NCBI RefSeq assembly: GCF_054482525.1 | Contig: NZ_CM137006.1 | Length of the DNA stretch: 64,000 nt | Direction: 5' to 3' (one strand) | Shown: piece after piece, positions 44,979 through 60,909 of the stretch | How the letters are laid out: each line of letters opens with the position of its first letter | How positions within the stretch are numbered: position 1 is the first letter of the stretch | The notes under the pieces: generated by a model | What the model was told of the DNA's origin: nothing | The model's database searches: none | Seen by the model: the letters and a program-made list of their open reading frames with translations, nothing else | Program-made: the position numbers and the translations under genes

Positions 44979-45970
44979 CGCTGCGCAATATTGACTCTTG
45001 CCACTGGCGAACTCTGGCGATTCTCCCACAGCACCGTTAATCCACGCTGTAATGCTATAAAAATAAACAACAAAATACCGATGGCGATTTTCGTCCACCA
45101 TGAGCTCAGCGTGCCATCAAAGTTTATGTAAGTCTGAATCAGTCCCTGAATCGCCACGCCAAAAAGCGTTCCCAGCACCGTTCCTACCCCACCACTTAAC
45201 AACGTACCACCAATCACCACCGACGCGATGGCGTCCAGTTCCACACCTACGCCCGCCAGCGCATATCCTGCCTGGGTATAAATCGAGAAGACAATCCCCG
45301 CCAGCGTTGCCAGTCCGGTGGAGAGCATATAAATGCGAATAGTGGTGCTGCGAGTGGAAATCCCCATCAGGTTCGCCGACGTTGCGTTGCCGCCAATGGC
45401 GTATACCTGATTACCAAAACGGGTACGATGCGCGAGGAATATGCCGATAACCACCACCGCCAGCATCAGCAGCCCCATCGCACTTAAGCGACCGCCGCCA
45501 GGGATTTTCCATGCAAGGCTTGAGAGCGTGTCATAAATGGGGTGGTTTATCGGGATCGACTCTTCCGAAACGAGATAGCTGACGCCGCGCAAAAAGAACA
45601 TCCCTGCAAGGGTAATGATAAATGCCGGGATCTTCAGGGCGTCGATCAAAAGCCCCATAAATGCGCCAAAGGCACAGCCCATTACCAACACCAGCGGAAA
45701 CGCCAGCAACGGCGAGAGGCCGAAATCGCCAATCACTTTTGCCAGAAACACGCCGGTAAAGGCGATCACCGAACCGACGGAGAGATCGATCCCACCGGAG
45801 AGGATCACAAAGGTCATGCCAACGGCGATGATCCCCAGAAAAGCGTTATCGGTCAGGATATTGCAGATCACTCTTGTGGAAGCAAAACCGGGAAACTGCG
45901 TCAGACAGTAGAGATAACCCAGCACAAAGACGCCGATGGTGATCATCAGCGGCAGGTTACGTTTTATCAC
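44975..45970 (-). CDS. yjfF: galactofuranose ABC transporter permease
   Basis: 331 aa polytopic ABC permease. Confidence 0.9.
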   Translation of the reverse strand: MIKRNLPLMITIGVFVLGYLYCLTQFPGFASTRVICNILTDNAFLGIIAVGMTFVILSGGIDLSVGSVIAFTGVFLAKVIGDFGLSPLLAFPLVLVMGCAFGAFMGLLIDALKIPAFIITLAGMFFLRGVSYLVSEESIPINHPIYDTLSSLAWKIPGGGRLSAMGLLMLAVVVIGIFLAHRTRFGNQVYAIGGNATSANLMGISTRSTTIRIYMLSTGLATLAGIVFSIYTQAGYALAGVGVELDAIASVVIGGTLLSGGVGTVLGTLFGVAIQGLIQTYINFDGTLSSWWTKIAIGILLFIFIALQRGLTVLWENRQSSPVARVNIAQR

Positions 45971-46982
45971 GGCTACGCACTCCTTTAATCAGACTGATAA
46001 AGCGTTGCGACTGAACAATCAACACGCAAAGCACCACTACCGCTTTCACCACCTGGTTCATCTCTGGCGGAAAGCCCGAAAGCAAAATTCCGGTGTTCAT
46101 CCCCTGAATAATCAGCGCCCCTACCACTGAGAGCAGCAGGTTAAAACGCCCGCCCATCAGCGATCCGCCGCCAATCACCACCGCAAGAATGGCGTCCAGC
46201 TCCAGCCATAATCCGGCGTTGTTGGCATCGGCACCGCGAATATCCGCCGCCACGATAATGCCCGCAATCGCAGCACACAGCCCGCTCAACACATAAGTGA
46301 GCATGACGATGATTCGTGTGTTGACTCCGGTATTTTTGGCCGCCCGAATGTTGATACCAACGGCTTCGATAAACATCCCCAGTGCCGTTCTGCGGGTTAA
46401 CAGCCAGAAGAGGAGAAGCGTCAGTACCGCAATAATGACTGGTGTTGGCAGGAACACCAGCGATCCGCTGCCAAACCAGGAGAGATCCGGCGAGTTAAAC
46501 GTGACGATCTGTCCGGAGGTGATCAGTTGCGCCACGCCGCGCCCGGCGACCATCAGGATCAGGGTGGCAACAAACGGCTGAATTTTGAGGATCGCTACCA
46601 GTATGCCGTTCCACAATCCCGCCAGGATGCCAGTGCCCAGGGCACTTAACAAAACAATTGGCAGGCTGAATCCCGCGACCGTCATCGCAGCCGTTGTGGC
46701 TCCGGCGATAGCCATCACCGCCCCTACGGAGAGATCAATCCCACCAGTGGCGATAACCAGCGTCATGCCAATCGCCAACAGCGCAACGGGGGCCGCACGG
46801 TTAAGAATGTCGATAGGGCTACCGAACAAACGCCCATCCTGAAGCACCACCTGCCAGAAATGCGGGGCCACCAGGCTATCGACCAGCAGCACCAGCAACA
46901 GTGCTACCAGCTGCGGCATTCCTGTTGGCCAGCGAAAGCGCCTTTTCGGCGGCGTAGTGTCCGGGAGAGATTGAGGCATCAC
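45957..46982 (-). CDS. ytfT: galactofuranose ABC transporter permease
   Basis: ORF 45957..47003 starts at a TTG; likely GTG start giving 341 aa (MMPQSLPDTT...); overlaps yjfF by 14 nt. Confidence 0.88.
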   Translation of the reverse strand: MMPQSLPDTTPPKRRFRWPTGMPQLVALLLVLLVDSLVAPHFWQVVLQDGRLFGSPIDILNRAAPVALLAIGMTLVIATGGIDLSVGAVMAIAGATTAAMTVAGFSLPIVLLSALGTGILAGLWNGILVAILKIQPFVATLILMVAGRGVAQLITSGQIVTFNSPDLSWFGSGSLVFLPTPVIIAVLTLLLFWLLTRRTALGMFIEAVGINIRAAKNTGVNTRIIVMLTYVLSGLCAAIAGIIVAADIRGADANNAGLWLELDAILAVVIGGGSLMGGRFNLLLSVVGALIIQGMNTGILLSGFPPEMNQVVKAVVVLCVLIVQSQRFISLIKGVRSRDKT

Positions 46983-46992
46983 ACTGTTCTCC

Positions 46993-48495
46993 TTACGCCG
47001 CAATGGCGTTCATGATCGCCGGAACGGAAAGCTCTGCCAGCGGGATCTCCGCCACCTGTTTGCGATCGCGCATGATAATCACCCGGTCGGCATAGCCCAC
47101 CAGCTCTTCCAGTTCAGAGGAGATCACCAGCAGCGCCAGACCATCAGCGCACAGCGTTTCAATCAGGCGGATGATCTCGGCATGCGCACCAACGTCAATG
47201 CCGCGCGTTGGCTCATCGAGGATCAGAAATTGCGGTCGGGTCAGTAGCCAACGTGAAAGCAACACTTTTTGCTGATTGCCGCCGGAGAGAAATTCAATCG
47301 GTTGTTCAGTTGAAGGTGTGCGAATGCCAAGCTGGCGGATAAAGCGTTGGGCAATCTCTTGCTGTTCTTTGCGGGAAATCGGTCGTAGCCAGCCGCGCTG
47401 GGCCTGGAGAGCGAGGATGATATTTTCCCGCACCGAGGCGGCAGCGATGATGCCATCGGTTTTCCTGTCTTCCGGGCAGAAGCCAATGCCCAGTACCGAA
47501 GCCTGATGTGGTGATCGCAGGGTTTGCGGTTTGCCTTTGATCAACGCCGTGCCGCTGTCAGCAGGTTTGATCCCGAAGATCACTTCGGCGGTTTCGGTAC
47601 GTCCTGATCCCAGCAAGCCTGCCAGGCCAACGATCTCGCCGGGGCGTACTTCGAGATCAAACGGTGCGATCGTTCCTTTTTTGCCGTAATTTTTGAACGC
47701 GGCAACGGGTTTGTCGCTCAGCAATGTTCGTCCGGCACGCTGTAGCGCGTGGGTGTCCAGCTCGCGCCCCAGCATCATTTTTACCAGTTCGATCTGCGGT
47801 AGCTCGCGGGTTTCCCGACAGCCTACGAAACTGCCGTTGCGTAAGACGGTGATCCGATCGCTGACCTGATAGACCTGATCGAGAAAGTGAGTGACAAAGA
47901 TCAGGCTGACGCCGCGATCGCGCAACTGACGCATCAGGCCAAACAGTAACTCTACTTCCTGAGTGTCGAGGCTGGCGGTGGGTTCATCGAGGATCAGCAC
48001 TTTGGCAGAGAGATCGATAGCCCGGCAAATGGCGACGATTTGCTGCATCGCGACTGAAAAGCGGTTGAGCGGTTCCCGCACGTCGAGGGAGAAACCGTAA
48101 GATGCCATCAGTTCGGTGGCGCGCTTTTCCATCTCTTTACGGCGTAGAAGGCCGAAACGTTTGGGTTCGCGACCTATGAATAGATTATCAGCGACCGACA
48201 TATTGGGTAGCAGGTTGACTTCCTGATAGACGGTGCCGATGCCGAGTTGTTGTGCATGGGCGGTATTTTTCGGTGAGATAGTCTGGCCTTCCAGCCAGAT
48301 GGTGCCACGATCGGCGTGGTAGACACCGGTTAATGCTTTGATTAGCGTTGATTTTCCCGCCCCGTTTTCACCGAGCAGCGCCATGATTTCACCACGGCGC
48401 AGGCTGAAATCAACGTTGTCTAACGCTTTGACGCCGGGGAAAAATTTACTTAATCCTTCGGTGCGGAGGATTTCCTGGTGTTGGTTAGTATTCAT
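46993..48495 (-). CDS. ytfR: galactofuranose ABC transporter ATP-binding protein (duplicated ABC domains)
   Basis: Start MNTNQHQEILRTEGLSKFF (500 aa); Walker A GENGAGKST. Confidence 0.92.
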   Translation of the reverse strand: MNTNQHQEILRTEGLSKFFPGVKALDNVDFSLRRGEIMALLGENGAGKSTLIKALTGVYHADRGTIWLEGQTISPKNTAHAQQLGIGTVYQEVNLLPNMSVADNLFIGREPKRFGLLRRKEMEKRATELMASYGFSLDVREPLNRFSVAMQQIVAICRAIDLSAKVLILDEPTASLDTQEVELLFGLMRQLRDRGVSLIFVTHFLDQVYQVSDRITVLRNGSFVGCRETRELPQIELVKMMLGRELDTHALQRAGRTLLSDKPVAAFKNYGKKGTIAPFDLEVRPGEIVGLAGLLGSGRTETAEVIFGIKPADSGTALIKGKPQTLRSPHQASVLGIGFCPEDRKTDGIIAAASVRENIILALQAQRGWLRPISRKEQQEIAQRFIRQLGIRTPSTEQPIEFLSGGNQQKVLLSRWLLTRPQFLILDEPTRGIDVGAHAEIIRLIETLCADGLALLVISSELEELVGYADRVIIMRDRKQVAEIPLAELSVPAIMNAIAA

Positions 48496-48518
48496 AGTTT
48501 CCCCCGTTGTAAAGCGTG

Positions 48519-48600
48519 CGCCAGATAAGACACAACAGCGTCGCATCAGGCATCTCGCACAACCGCCGGATGCGGCGTGAATGCCTTATCCGGCGGCCCA
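48519..48600. repeat. REP/BIME palindromic units between ytfR and ytfQ
   Basis: gccagataagacacaacagcgtcgcatcaggc and ccgccggatgcggcgtgaatgccttatccggcgg. Confidence 0.6.
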
Positions 48601-48627
48601 CAAGTCGGCATTAGGCATTGATGCCCC

Positions 48628-49584
48628 TCAATACCCCATGTTTTTCTTCTTCTCTAACTCTTCTTTTGCGGTATTAGGCAGGTAAAGGGTGGACTTGGTC
48701 AGGGTCAGCTTTTCAGGCATGGTGCCGTCTTTTTTATATTTCTCCAGCGCATCAAAAGCGGGGCCTGCCATGTTCGGCGTCAATTCAACACTGGCGTTCG
48801 CTTCGCCATCAATCATCGCTTTGTAGATGTCCGGCACACCGTCGATAGAGCCTGTCAGGATATCTTTGCCCGGTTTCAGGCCCGCTTCTTTAATTGCCTG
48901 AATTGCACCAATCACCATGTCATCGTTATGGGCGTAAACCATGCAGATGTTTTTGCCGTTGTTTTCCGCTTTGATAAAGCTCTCCATCACTTCTTTGCCT
49001 TTGCTGCGGGTGAAGTCACCTGACTGCGAGCGGATAATTTTGATATTTGGCGCATTCTTAATGGCTTCGGCAAAGCCTTTCTTACGGTCAATGGCGACGC
49101 TGGCCCCAACGGTGCCCTGCAGCTCCACCACGTTGCATGGTTTGCCATTCACTTCTTTTACCAGCCAGTCACCAATCAACTTGCCTTCGAGGATGTTGTC
49201 GGCGGTGACAGTGGTCATATAGAGAGATTTGTCTTTCACATCGATGGAACGGTCAAGCAAGAAGACCGGGATTTCGGCATCTTTCGCCTCTTTTAATACC
49301 GGCTCCCAACCGGTCGCTACCACTGGAGCGATAAAGATCGCATCCACCCCTTGCGCGACGAAGGAACGTACCGCTTTAATCTGGTTTTCCTGCTTTTGCT
49401 GACCATCGGCAATTTTCAACGTAATTCCGCGCTTTTCGGCTTCACTTTTCGCCACATTGGTTTCTGCGGCGCGCCAGCCGGATTCCGATCCGACCTGCGA
49501 AAATCCAACGGTTAATGGAGCGGCCAACGCCATAGACGACATGGCTGCCGAGACTGCAGAGACTACAAGTAAGCGTTTCCACAT
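48628..49584 (-). CDS. ytfQ: galactofuranose ABC transporter periplasmic binding protein
   Basis: 318 aa with signal peptide. Confidence 0.92.
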   Translation of the reverse strand: MWKRLLVVSAVSAAMSSMALAAPLTVGFSQVGSESGWRAAETNVAKSEAEKRGITLKIADGQQKQENQIKAVRSFVAQGVDAIFIAPVVATGWEPVLKEAKDAEIPVFLLDRSIDVKDKSLYMTTVTADNILEGKLIGDWLVKEVNGKPCNVVELQGTVGASVAIDRKKGFAEAIKNAPNIKIIRSQSGDFTRSKGKEVMESFIKAENNGKNICMVYAHNDDMVIGAIQAIKEAGLKPGKDILTGSIDGVPDIYKAMIDGEANASVELTPNMAGPAFDALEKYKKDGTMPEKLTLTKSTLYLPNTAKEELEKKKNMGY

Positions 49585-49654
49585 AGGGTTGTCCTCGTCG
49601 GGGTAATTATTATTGGTGAAAAGATGTTCGCGAAAAAACTATAGACAATTCGTT

Positions 49655-49675
49655 ATGTAACGGATTGCGTTACAT
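49655..49675. promoter_or_regulatory. candidate operator palindrome upstream of ytfQ
   Basis: atgtaacg-gattg-cgttacat: perfect 8-bp inverted arms, about 70 nt upstream of the ytfQ start in the ytfQ-ppa divergent region. Confidence 0.35.
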
Positions 49676-49893
49676 CACACTTCAAAAAAGTAAATAAAAC
49701 GTTAATCACAAGTTTGTAATCGCTTTCACCTCACTATGAAAAATGCGGCTACGGTTATGGATTTTCCTGCTCTTTAAACCATCTTAAAACTGGCTAAAAA
49801 GGAAAATGAAGAAGAAAACAAGCGAAGACATTCGGCGCGAGTTGGCTATAATACTCGGCACTTGTTTGCCACATATTTTTAAAGGAAACAGAC

Positions 49894-50424
49894 ATGAGCT
49901 TACTCAACGTCCCTGCGGGTAAAGATCTGCCGGAAGACATCTACGTTGTTATTGAGATCCCGGCTAACGCAGATCCGATCAAATACGAAATCGACAAAGA
50001 GAGCGGCGCACTGTTCGTTGACCGCTTCATGTCCACCGCGATGTTCTATCCGTGCAACTACGGTTACATCAACCACACCCTGTCTCTGGACGGTGACCCG
50101 GTTGACGTACTGGTCCCGACTCCGTACCCGCTGCAGCCGGGTTCTGTGATCCGTTGCCGTCCTGTTGGCGTTCTGAAAATGACCGACGAAGCCGGTGAAG
50201 ATGCGAAACTGGTTGCGGTTCCGCACAGCAAGCTGAGCAAAGAATACGATCACATTAAAGACGTTAACGATCTGCCTGAACTGCTGAAAGCACAGATCGC
50301 TCACTTCTTCGAGCACTACAAAGACCTCGAAAAAGGCAAGTGGGTGAAAGTTGAAGGCTGGGAAAACGCAGAAGCCGCTAAAGCTGAAATCGTTGCCTCC
50401 TTCGAGCGCGCAAAGAATAAATAA
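49894..50424 (+). CDS. ppa: inorganic pyrophosphatase
   Basis: 176 aa, matches E. coli Ppa. Confidence 0.97.
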   Translation: MSLLNVPAGKDLPEDIYVVIEIPANADPIKYEIDKESGALFVDRFMSTAMFYPCNYGYINHTLSLDGDPVDVLVPTPYPLQPGSVIRCRPVGVLKMTDEAGEDAKLVAVPHSKLSKEYDHIKDVNDLPELLKAQIAHFFEHYKDLEKGKWVKVEGWENAEAAKAEIVASFERAKNK

Positions 50425-50502
50425 GTTCTTCTAGCGTAATAACCCTGAACGCCGGGCTTCGGTTAGTAGGGGTTTTTTATGCCCGCGATAAATAAACACA
50501 CC

Positions 50503-50853
50503 TTATTCCACCACCGCCTGCAAACGTAATAACGCCTCTTCCACCACCTCACCCGCAGCCAGACCAATACGCTTTGCCAGCCGGGCGCGTAGATCCATCA
50601 TCCGCACCTGATTCACCAGCACCACGCCGTGCACATCGCCTTCTTCGCAATGTAAAGGAACGCTAAATCCGGCATAACGGGCAAAATTTCCGCCCTGCGT
50701 AATGGGGGCCACCAGCGTCATTCCCAGTTGATTAAAGGCTTGAACGGAGAGCACAAGCGCAGGTCGACCAGCACCTTGCTGTTCATGGCCGCTTGCTGGA
50801 TCAAAGCCAACCAGCACAATGTCTCCCCGTTCAAATTCACTTTTCTTTACCAT
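50503..50853 (-). CDS. chpB: MazF-family endoribonuclease toxin ChpB
   Basis: 116 aa, MVKKSEFERGDIVLVGFDPASGHEQQGAGRPALVLS... Confidence 0.93.
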   Translation of the reverse strand: MVKKSEFERGDIVLVGFDPASGHEQQGAGRPALVLSVQAFNQLGMTLVAPITQGGNFARYAGFSVPLHCEEGDVHGVVLVNQVRMMDLRARLAKRIGLAAGEVVEEALLRLQAVVE

Positions 50854-51098
50854 ATTTCGTCACCCGCAGGGGTGGATTTACCCCAGACATCCTGCTCGCT
50901 AAGTTCCGTGGCGTTCATGTCACACTGTGCCAGCAGTTCATCAAGCGAGTAGCGCCTGGAGATGGGTGTCAGAATCAGTTGATTGTTGCTCACTTGCGCC
51001 TCCACGCTCTGCCCCGGCCGTAAGTTAAGTTCTTTCATCACAACATTAGGAATGACCATACCTGAACTGTTCCCCCATCTTTTTATGGTAATACGCAT
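50847..51098 (-). CDS. chpS: antitoxin ChpS (AbrB/MazE fold)
   Basis: Start MRITIKRWGNSSGMVIP (83 aa); overlaps chpB by 7 nt. Confidence 0.9.
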   Translation of the reverse strand: MRITIKRWGNSSGMVIPNVVMKELNLRPGQSVEAQVSNNQLILTPISRRYSLDELLAQCDMNATELSEQDVWGKSTPAGDEIW

Positions 51099-51270
51099 CT
51101 GCACCTCCTTAAGTTATACAAAGTATAACTCACGGTGCTACAGGAAACGTTTTACCCCTGCGCATTTGTGAACGCCAGCAGAGTTTTTTATGCGTTAACA
51201 GATATGGAAAGCGGCTCGGAGAGAAAAGCAAAAGGTGAGGGAATTACAAAACAGAATGCGAGTCGTCTCG

Positions 51271-51299
51271 CAAAAAACAACGCCACCCGAAGGTGGCGT
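51271..51299 (-). terminator. rho-independent terminator downstream of ytfP
   Basis: Hairpin cgccaccc-gaa-ggtggcg followed on the minus strand by TTGTTTTTTG. Confidence 0.7.
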
Positions 51300-51309
51300 A
51301 TGCGTATGG

Positions 51310-51651
51310 TTACTTATCCCTGTCTAACCAGTCGCCGCTTTCAATTAGCTTTAATCCATCGACGGGTCGTTGATAAACGTACATCCATGCACTCCCGTAC
51401 GGCGTCTGAATCAACTGGCGCGCGTATTCACCGCCCCTGGTGCGCAAGGCATCAAGTTCGGCCAGCGTGGCGTTGTCAATACGATAAACTTCACCGTGTA
51501 CTGTTCCGTTCCCCAGAACTGCGCCTGGATAGTGGCCCAGGCTATACAACTGGTAGTTATCGATACTGAAATCGCCCAGTAACTGGGCATTGGTCATCCA
51601 GTGACTGTTGCCTTGTTTGTGGCGTAAACTGCCGTAGACAAATATTCGCAT
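51310..51651 (-). CDS. ytfP: gamma-glutamylcyclotransferase family protein
   Basis: 113 aa, MRIFVYGSLRHKQGNSHWM... Confidence 0.9.
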   Translation of the reverse strand: MRIFVYGSLRHKQGNSHWMTNAQLLGDFSIDNYQLYSLGHYPGAVLGNGTVHGEVYRIDNATLAELDALRTRGGEYARQLIQTPYGSAWMYVYQRPVDGLKLIESGDWLDRDK

Positions 51652-51653
51652 TG

Positions 51654-57205
<5,552 letters not shown>

Positions 57206-57368
57206 TTAAACGGCTTAACAAAAATCCAGTAATATGGATTAAAAAGCAGACTAAACCCCAAATATTTCTTATGTTTTACTTTAGACCTATTCACGGCGGT
57301 TATTGTGTGCAAATACGCCTCTTGTTACAACCTTAACCCCAATGACCGATTTTCGGGAGAGCGACACC

Positions 57369-58007
57369 ATGAGTTTATTCGATAAAAAGCATCTGGTTTC
57401 CCCCGCCGATGCCCTGCCTGGACGTAACACCCCGATGCCCGTAGCCACACTGCATGCGGTCAACGGTCACTCAATGACCAATGTACCTGACGGAATGGAG
57501 ATTGCCATTTTTGCGATGGGTTGTTTCTGGGGTGTGGAGCGTCTGTTCTGGCAGTTACCCGGCGTTTACAGCACCGCCGCAGGCTATACCGGCGGCTATA
57601 CGCCAAATCCGACTTATCGGGAAGTGTGCTCCGGTGATACAGGTCATGCCGAAGCGGTACGCATTGTTTACGATCCTTCCGTCATCAGCTATGAACAGTT
57701 GCTACAAGTATTTTGGGAGAATCACGATCCCGCCCAGGGAATGCGTCAGGGCAATGACCACGGCACGCAGTATCGTTCAGCGATTTATCCACTGACCCCA
57801 GAACAGGATGCTGCTGCTCGCGCCAGTCTGGAACGTTTTCAGGCGGCGATGCTTGCCGCCGATGACGATCGTCACATCACCACGGAAATCGCGAACGCCA
57901 CACCGTTTTATTATGCCGAAGATGACCACCAGCAATATCTGCATAAAAACCCGTATGGTTACTGTGGAATTGGCGGAATTGGCGTCTGTCTGCCGCCGGA
58001 AGCATAG
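57369..58007 (+). CDS. msrA: peptide methionine sulfoxide reductase A
   Basis: Start [18 protein letters not shown] (212 aa); GCFWG catalytic motif. Confidence 0.95.
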
Positions 58008-58052
58008 CGTTACGGGTACAAATGTAGATTGTTGATAAAGTGCTATTTGTCT

Positions 58053-58152
58053 ATGCCGGATGCGGCGTAAACGCCTTGCCAGGCCTACAAAATCGTCCAA
58101 AATCAATATATTGTGGGGACTGCGTAGGCCTGATCGGCGTAGCGCATCAGCC
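58053..58152. repeat. REP/BIME palindromic units between msrA and ytfL
   Basis: atgccggatgcggcgtaaacgccttgccaggcctac and gtaggcctgatcggcgtagcgcatcagcc. Confidence 0.6.
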
Positions 58153-58329
58153 AGTTTTTCATTTATCAGCAGTCTGAATTTTAACCCTCTGGCGGCTTTA
58201 CAGTACCTTACGCTATACTAGCCACTGAAAATGCCGGTTCACTTTCTTCGAATCGGCTTTCAATGTGTATTTCACACAAATTAATCAACTTCCCCTTCCG
58301 AGGATCTGGCCTGAAAGGTCGGATAAGAT

Positions 58330-59673
58330 ATGTTAAACAGTATTTTAGTCATACTCTGCTTGATCGCTGTAAGTGCGTTCTTCTCGATGTCCGAGATCTC
58401 GCTTGCGGCCTCACGCAAAATCAAACTTAAACTGCTGGCTGATGAAGGCAATATAAATGCCCAACGCGTTCTGAATATGCAGGAAAATCCCGGCATGTTC
58501 TTTACCGTGGTCCAAATCGGTCTGAACGCAGTGGCGATTCTCGGCGGTATCGTCGGTGATGCGGCATTTTCTCCAGCTTTTCACAGCCTGTTCTCCCGCT
58601 ATATGTCGGCAGAACTCTCTGAGCAACTGAGCTTTATTCTCTCTTTCTCGTTAGTGACTGGCATGTTTATCCTGTTTGCGGATTTAACCCCGAAACGCAT
58701 CGGTATGATTGCGCCAGAAGCAGTGGCTTTGCGTATCATCAACCCGATGCGCTTCTGCCTGTACGTTTGCACCCCGCTGGTGTGGTTCTTCAACGGCCTG
58801 GCGAACATAATCTTCCGTATTTTCAAACTGCCAATGGTACGTAAAGATGACATCACTTCTGATGACATCTACGCGGTAGTGGAAGCCGGTGCGCTGGCGG
58901 GCGTGTTACGTAAACAGGAACACGAGCTGATTGAAAACGTCTTTGAGCTGGAATCCCGTACCGTTCCGTCTTCAATGACACCGCGTGAAAACGTGATTTG
59001 GTTTGATCTCCACGAAGATGAGCAAAGCCTGAAGAATAAGGTGGCGGAACATCCGCACTCTAAGTTCCTCGTCTGTAATGAAGATATTGACCACATCATC
59101 GGCTATGTCGATTCTAAAGACCTGCTGAACCGCGTGCTGGCTAACCAAAGCCTGGCACTGAACAGCGGCGTACAAATTCGCAACACGCTGATTGTGCCGG
59201 ATACGTTAACCCTTTCAGAGGCGTTGGAAAGTTTTAAAACCGCAGGTGAAGACTTCGCGGTGATCATGAACGAGTACGCGCTGGTGGTGGGGATCATCAC
59301 CCTCAACGACGTGATGACCACGCTGATGGGCGATCTGGTCGGTCAGGGGCTGGAAGAGCAGATTGTCGCCCGTGATGAGAACTCATGGCTGATTGACGGC
59401 GGCACCCCAATTGACGACGTCATGCGCGTGTTGGATATTGACGAGTTCCCGCAGTCGGGCAACTACGAAACCATTGGAGGCTTTATGATGTTTATGCTGC
59501 GTAAGATTCCGAAACGCACCGATTCGGTGAAATTCGCCGGCTACAAATTTGAAGTGGTGGATATCGATAACTACCGCATCGACCAGCTGCTGGTGACCCG
59601 AATCGACAGCAAGGCCACCGCCCTTTCGCCAAAATTGCCTGATGCTAAAGATAAAGAAGAAAGCGTCGCGTAA
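58330..59673 (+). CDS. ytfL: UPF0053 inner membrane protein (DUF21 + CBS pair + CorC/HlyC C-terminal domain)
   Basis: 447 aa. Confidence 0.92.
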   Translation: MLNSILVILCLIAVSAFFSMSEISLAASRKIKLKLLADEGNINAQRVLNMQENPGMFFTVVQIGLNAVAILGGIVGDAAFSPAFHSLFSRYMSAELSEQLSFILSFSLVTGMFILFADLTPKRIGMIAPEAVALRIINPMRFCLYVCTPLVWFFNGLANIIFRIFKLPMVRKDDITSDDIYAVVEAGALAGVLRKQEHELIENVFELESRTVPSSMTPRENVIWFDLHEDEQSLKNKVAEHPHSKFLVCNEDIDHIIGYVDSKDLLNRVLANQSLALNSGVQIRNTLIVPDTLTLSEALESFKTAGEDFAVIMNEYALVVGIITLNDVMTTLMGDLVGQGLEEQIVARDENSWLIDGGTPIDDVMRVLDIDEFPQSGNYETIGGFMMFMLRKIPKRTDSVKFAGYKFEVVDIDNYRIDQLLVTRIDSKATALSPKLPDAKDKEESVA

Positions 59674-59688
59674 CCCCCAGAAACATCA

Positions 59689-59711
59689 ACGGCTCCTGAA
59701 TCAGGAGCCGT
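59689..59711. terminator. hairpin terminator between convergent ytfL and ytfK
   Basis: acggctcctga-atcaggagccgt. Confidence 0.5.
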
Positions 59712-59734
59712 CTTATTACTGCATAGCACTTTGG

Positions 59735-59941
59735 TTAAGCCATCTCTGTTTGCAGACGCATAACCTGACGGTTAACTTCGGACATCACTGACAAATGCAG
59801 CTTATCCTTCACTTTTGGGATAAGAATCTTACCCTTATCAAATTCAAAAGCGCCAACGTCCTTGATGTATAACCGTCCACGGAACAGGATCTTTACGTAC
59901 TTCGCCACCTGAAGTGGGTTGTACCGTTGGAAAATTTTCAT
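59735..59941 (-). CDS. ytfK: small protein YtfK (DUF1107)
   Basis: Start [22 protein letters not shown] (68 aa) inside ORF 59735..60007. Confidence 0.88.
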
Positions 59942-60265
59942 TGTTATCTCCTGCTGAGTATTACGCCTGTGCGGTGCCACAATCGGCCCAACTATTATGA
60001 GGCGCAAATTTTAATGCTTAGTGACTATAGACTATCCGGGCAATGTTTCCACCGCGTATAACTTTTTTTACCTAAAGGTTACAATTATTCAGAATTATCT
60101 TTTTACCGAAGCGCCGTCTTCAGTATAAGCATTCATTTTTCATATGATTTGTGCGCTTGACCGCAAACTGGCATCACACTTGCGGGAAATTCGATAAATA
60201 GCACATATGATTAAAACTCAGACCCAAGTGGTCGGATCACCTGCATATCATAAGAAGGAAACACC

Positions 60266-60820
60266 ATGACCCTACGCAAGATTCTGGCACTCACCTGCCT
60301 GCTGTTGCCGATGATGGCTTCCGCACATCAGTTCGAAACCGGTCAGCGAGTGCCGCCGATTGGCATTACCGATCGGGGCGAGTTGGTGCTTGATAAAGAT
60401 CAGTTTAGCTACAAAACCTGGAACAGCGCGCAGTTAGTGGGAAAAGTGCGAGTACTGCAACATATTGCTGGTCGCACCTCTGCAAAAGAGAAAAATGCGA
60501 CACTGATTGAAGCGATTAAAGCTGCGAACTTACCGCACGATCGTTACCAGACCACCACCATTGTTAACACCGACGACGCAATTCCGGGTTCCGGCATGTT
60601 TGTGCGCAGCAGTCTGGAGAGTAATAAAAAGCTTTATCCCTGGTCGCAGTTTATTGTCGATAGCAATGGCGTCGCGCGCGGTGCCTGGCAGCTGGATGAA
60701 GAAAGTTCCGCTGTAGTGGTGCTGGATAAAGACGGTCGCGTGCAATGGGCCAAAGACGGGGCGCTCACACAGGAAGAGGTGCAGCAAGTGATGGACCTGC
60801 TGCAAAAGTTGCTCAAATAA
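60266..60820 (+). CDS. ytfJ: periplasmic protein YtfJ
   Basis: 184 aa with signal peptide. Confidence 0.9.
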   Translation: MTLRKILALTCLLLPMMASAHQFETGQRVPPIGITDRGELVLDKDQFSYKTWNSAQLVGKVRVLQHIAGRTSAKEKNATLIEAIKAANLPHDRYQTTTIVNTDDAIPGSGMFVRSSLESNKKLYPWSQFIVDSNGVARGAWQLDEESSAVVVLDKDGRVQWAKDGALTQEEVQQVMDLLQKLLK

Positions 60821-60851
60821 TGGCAATAACATAAATTCTGCAAAAATAATT

Positions 60852-60882
60852 TTCCCCTATCGTTATCTATGGGATAGGGGAA
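60852..60882. terminator. hairpin terminator downstream of ytfJ
   Basis: ttcccctatc-gttatctat-gggatagggg. Confidence 0.5.
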
Positions 60883-60909
60883 TTAAGCCTCTGAGTTCTT
60901 ACGCCGAAC

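Noticed and set aside
50424-50503. Terminator hairpin downstream of ppa
   Set aside because: A T-run is present (ggggtttttta) but I could not identify a convincing stem by eye.
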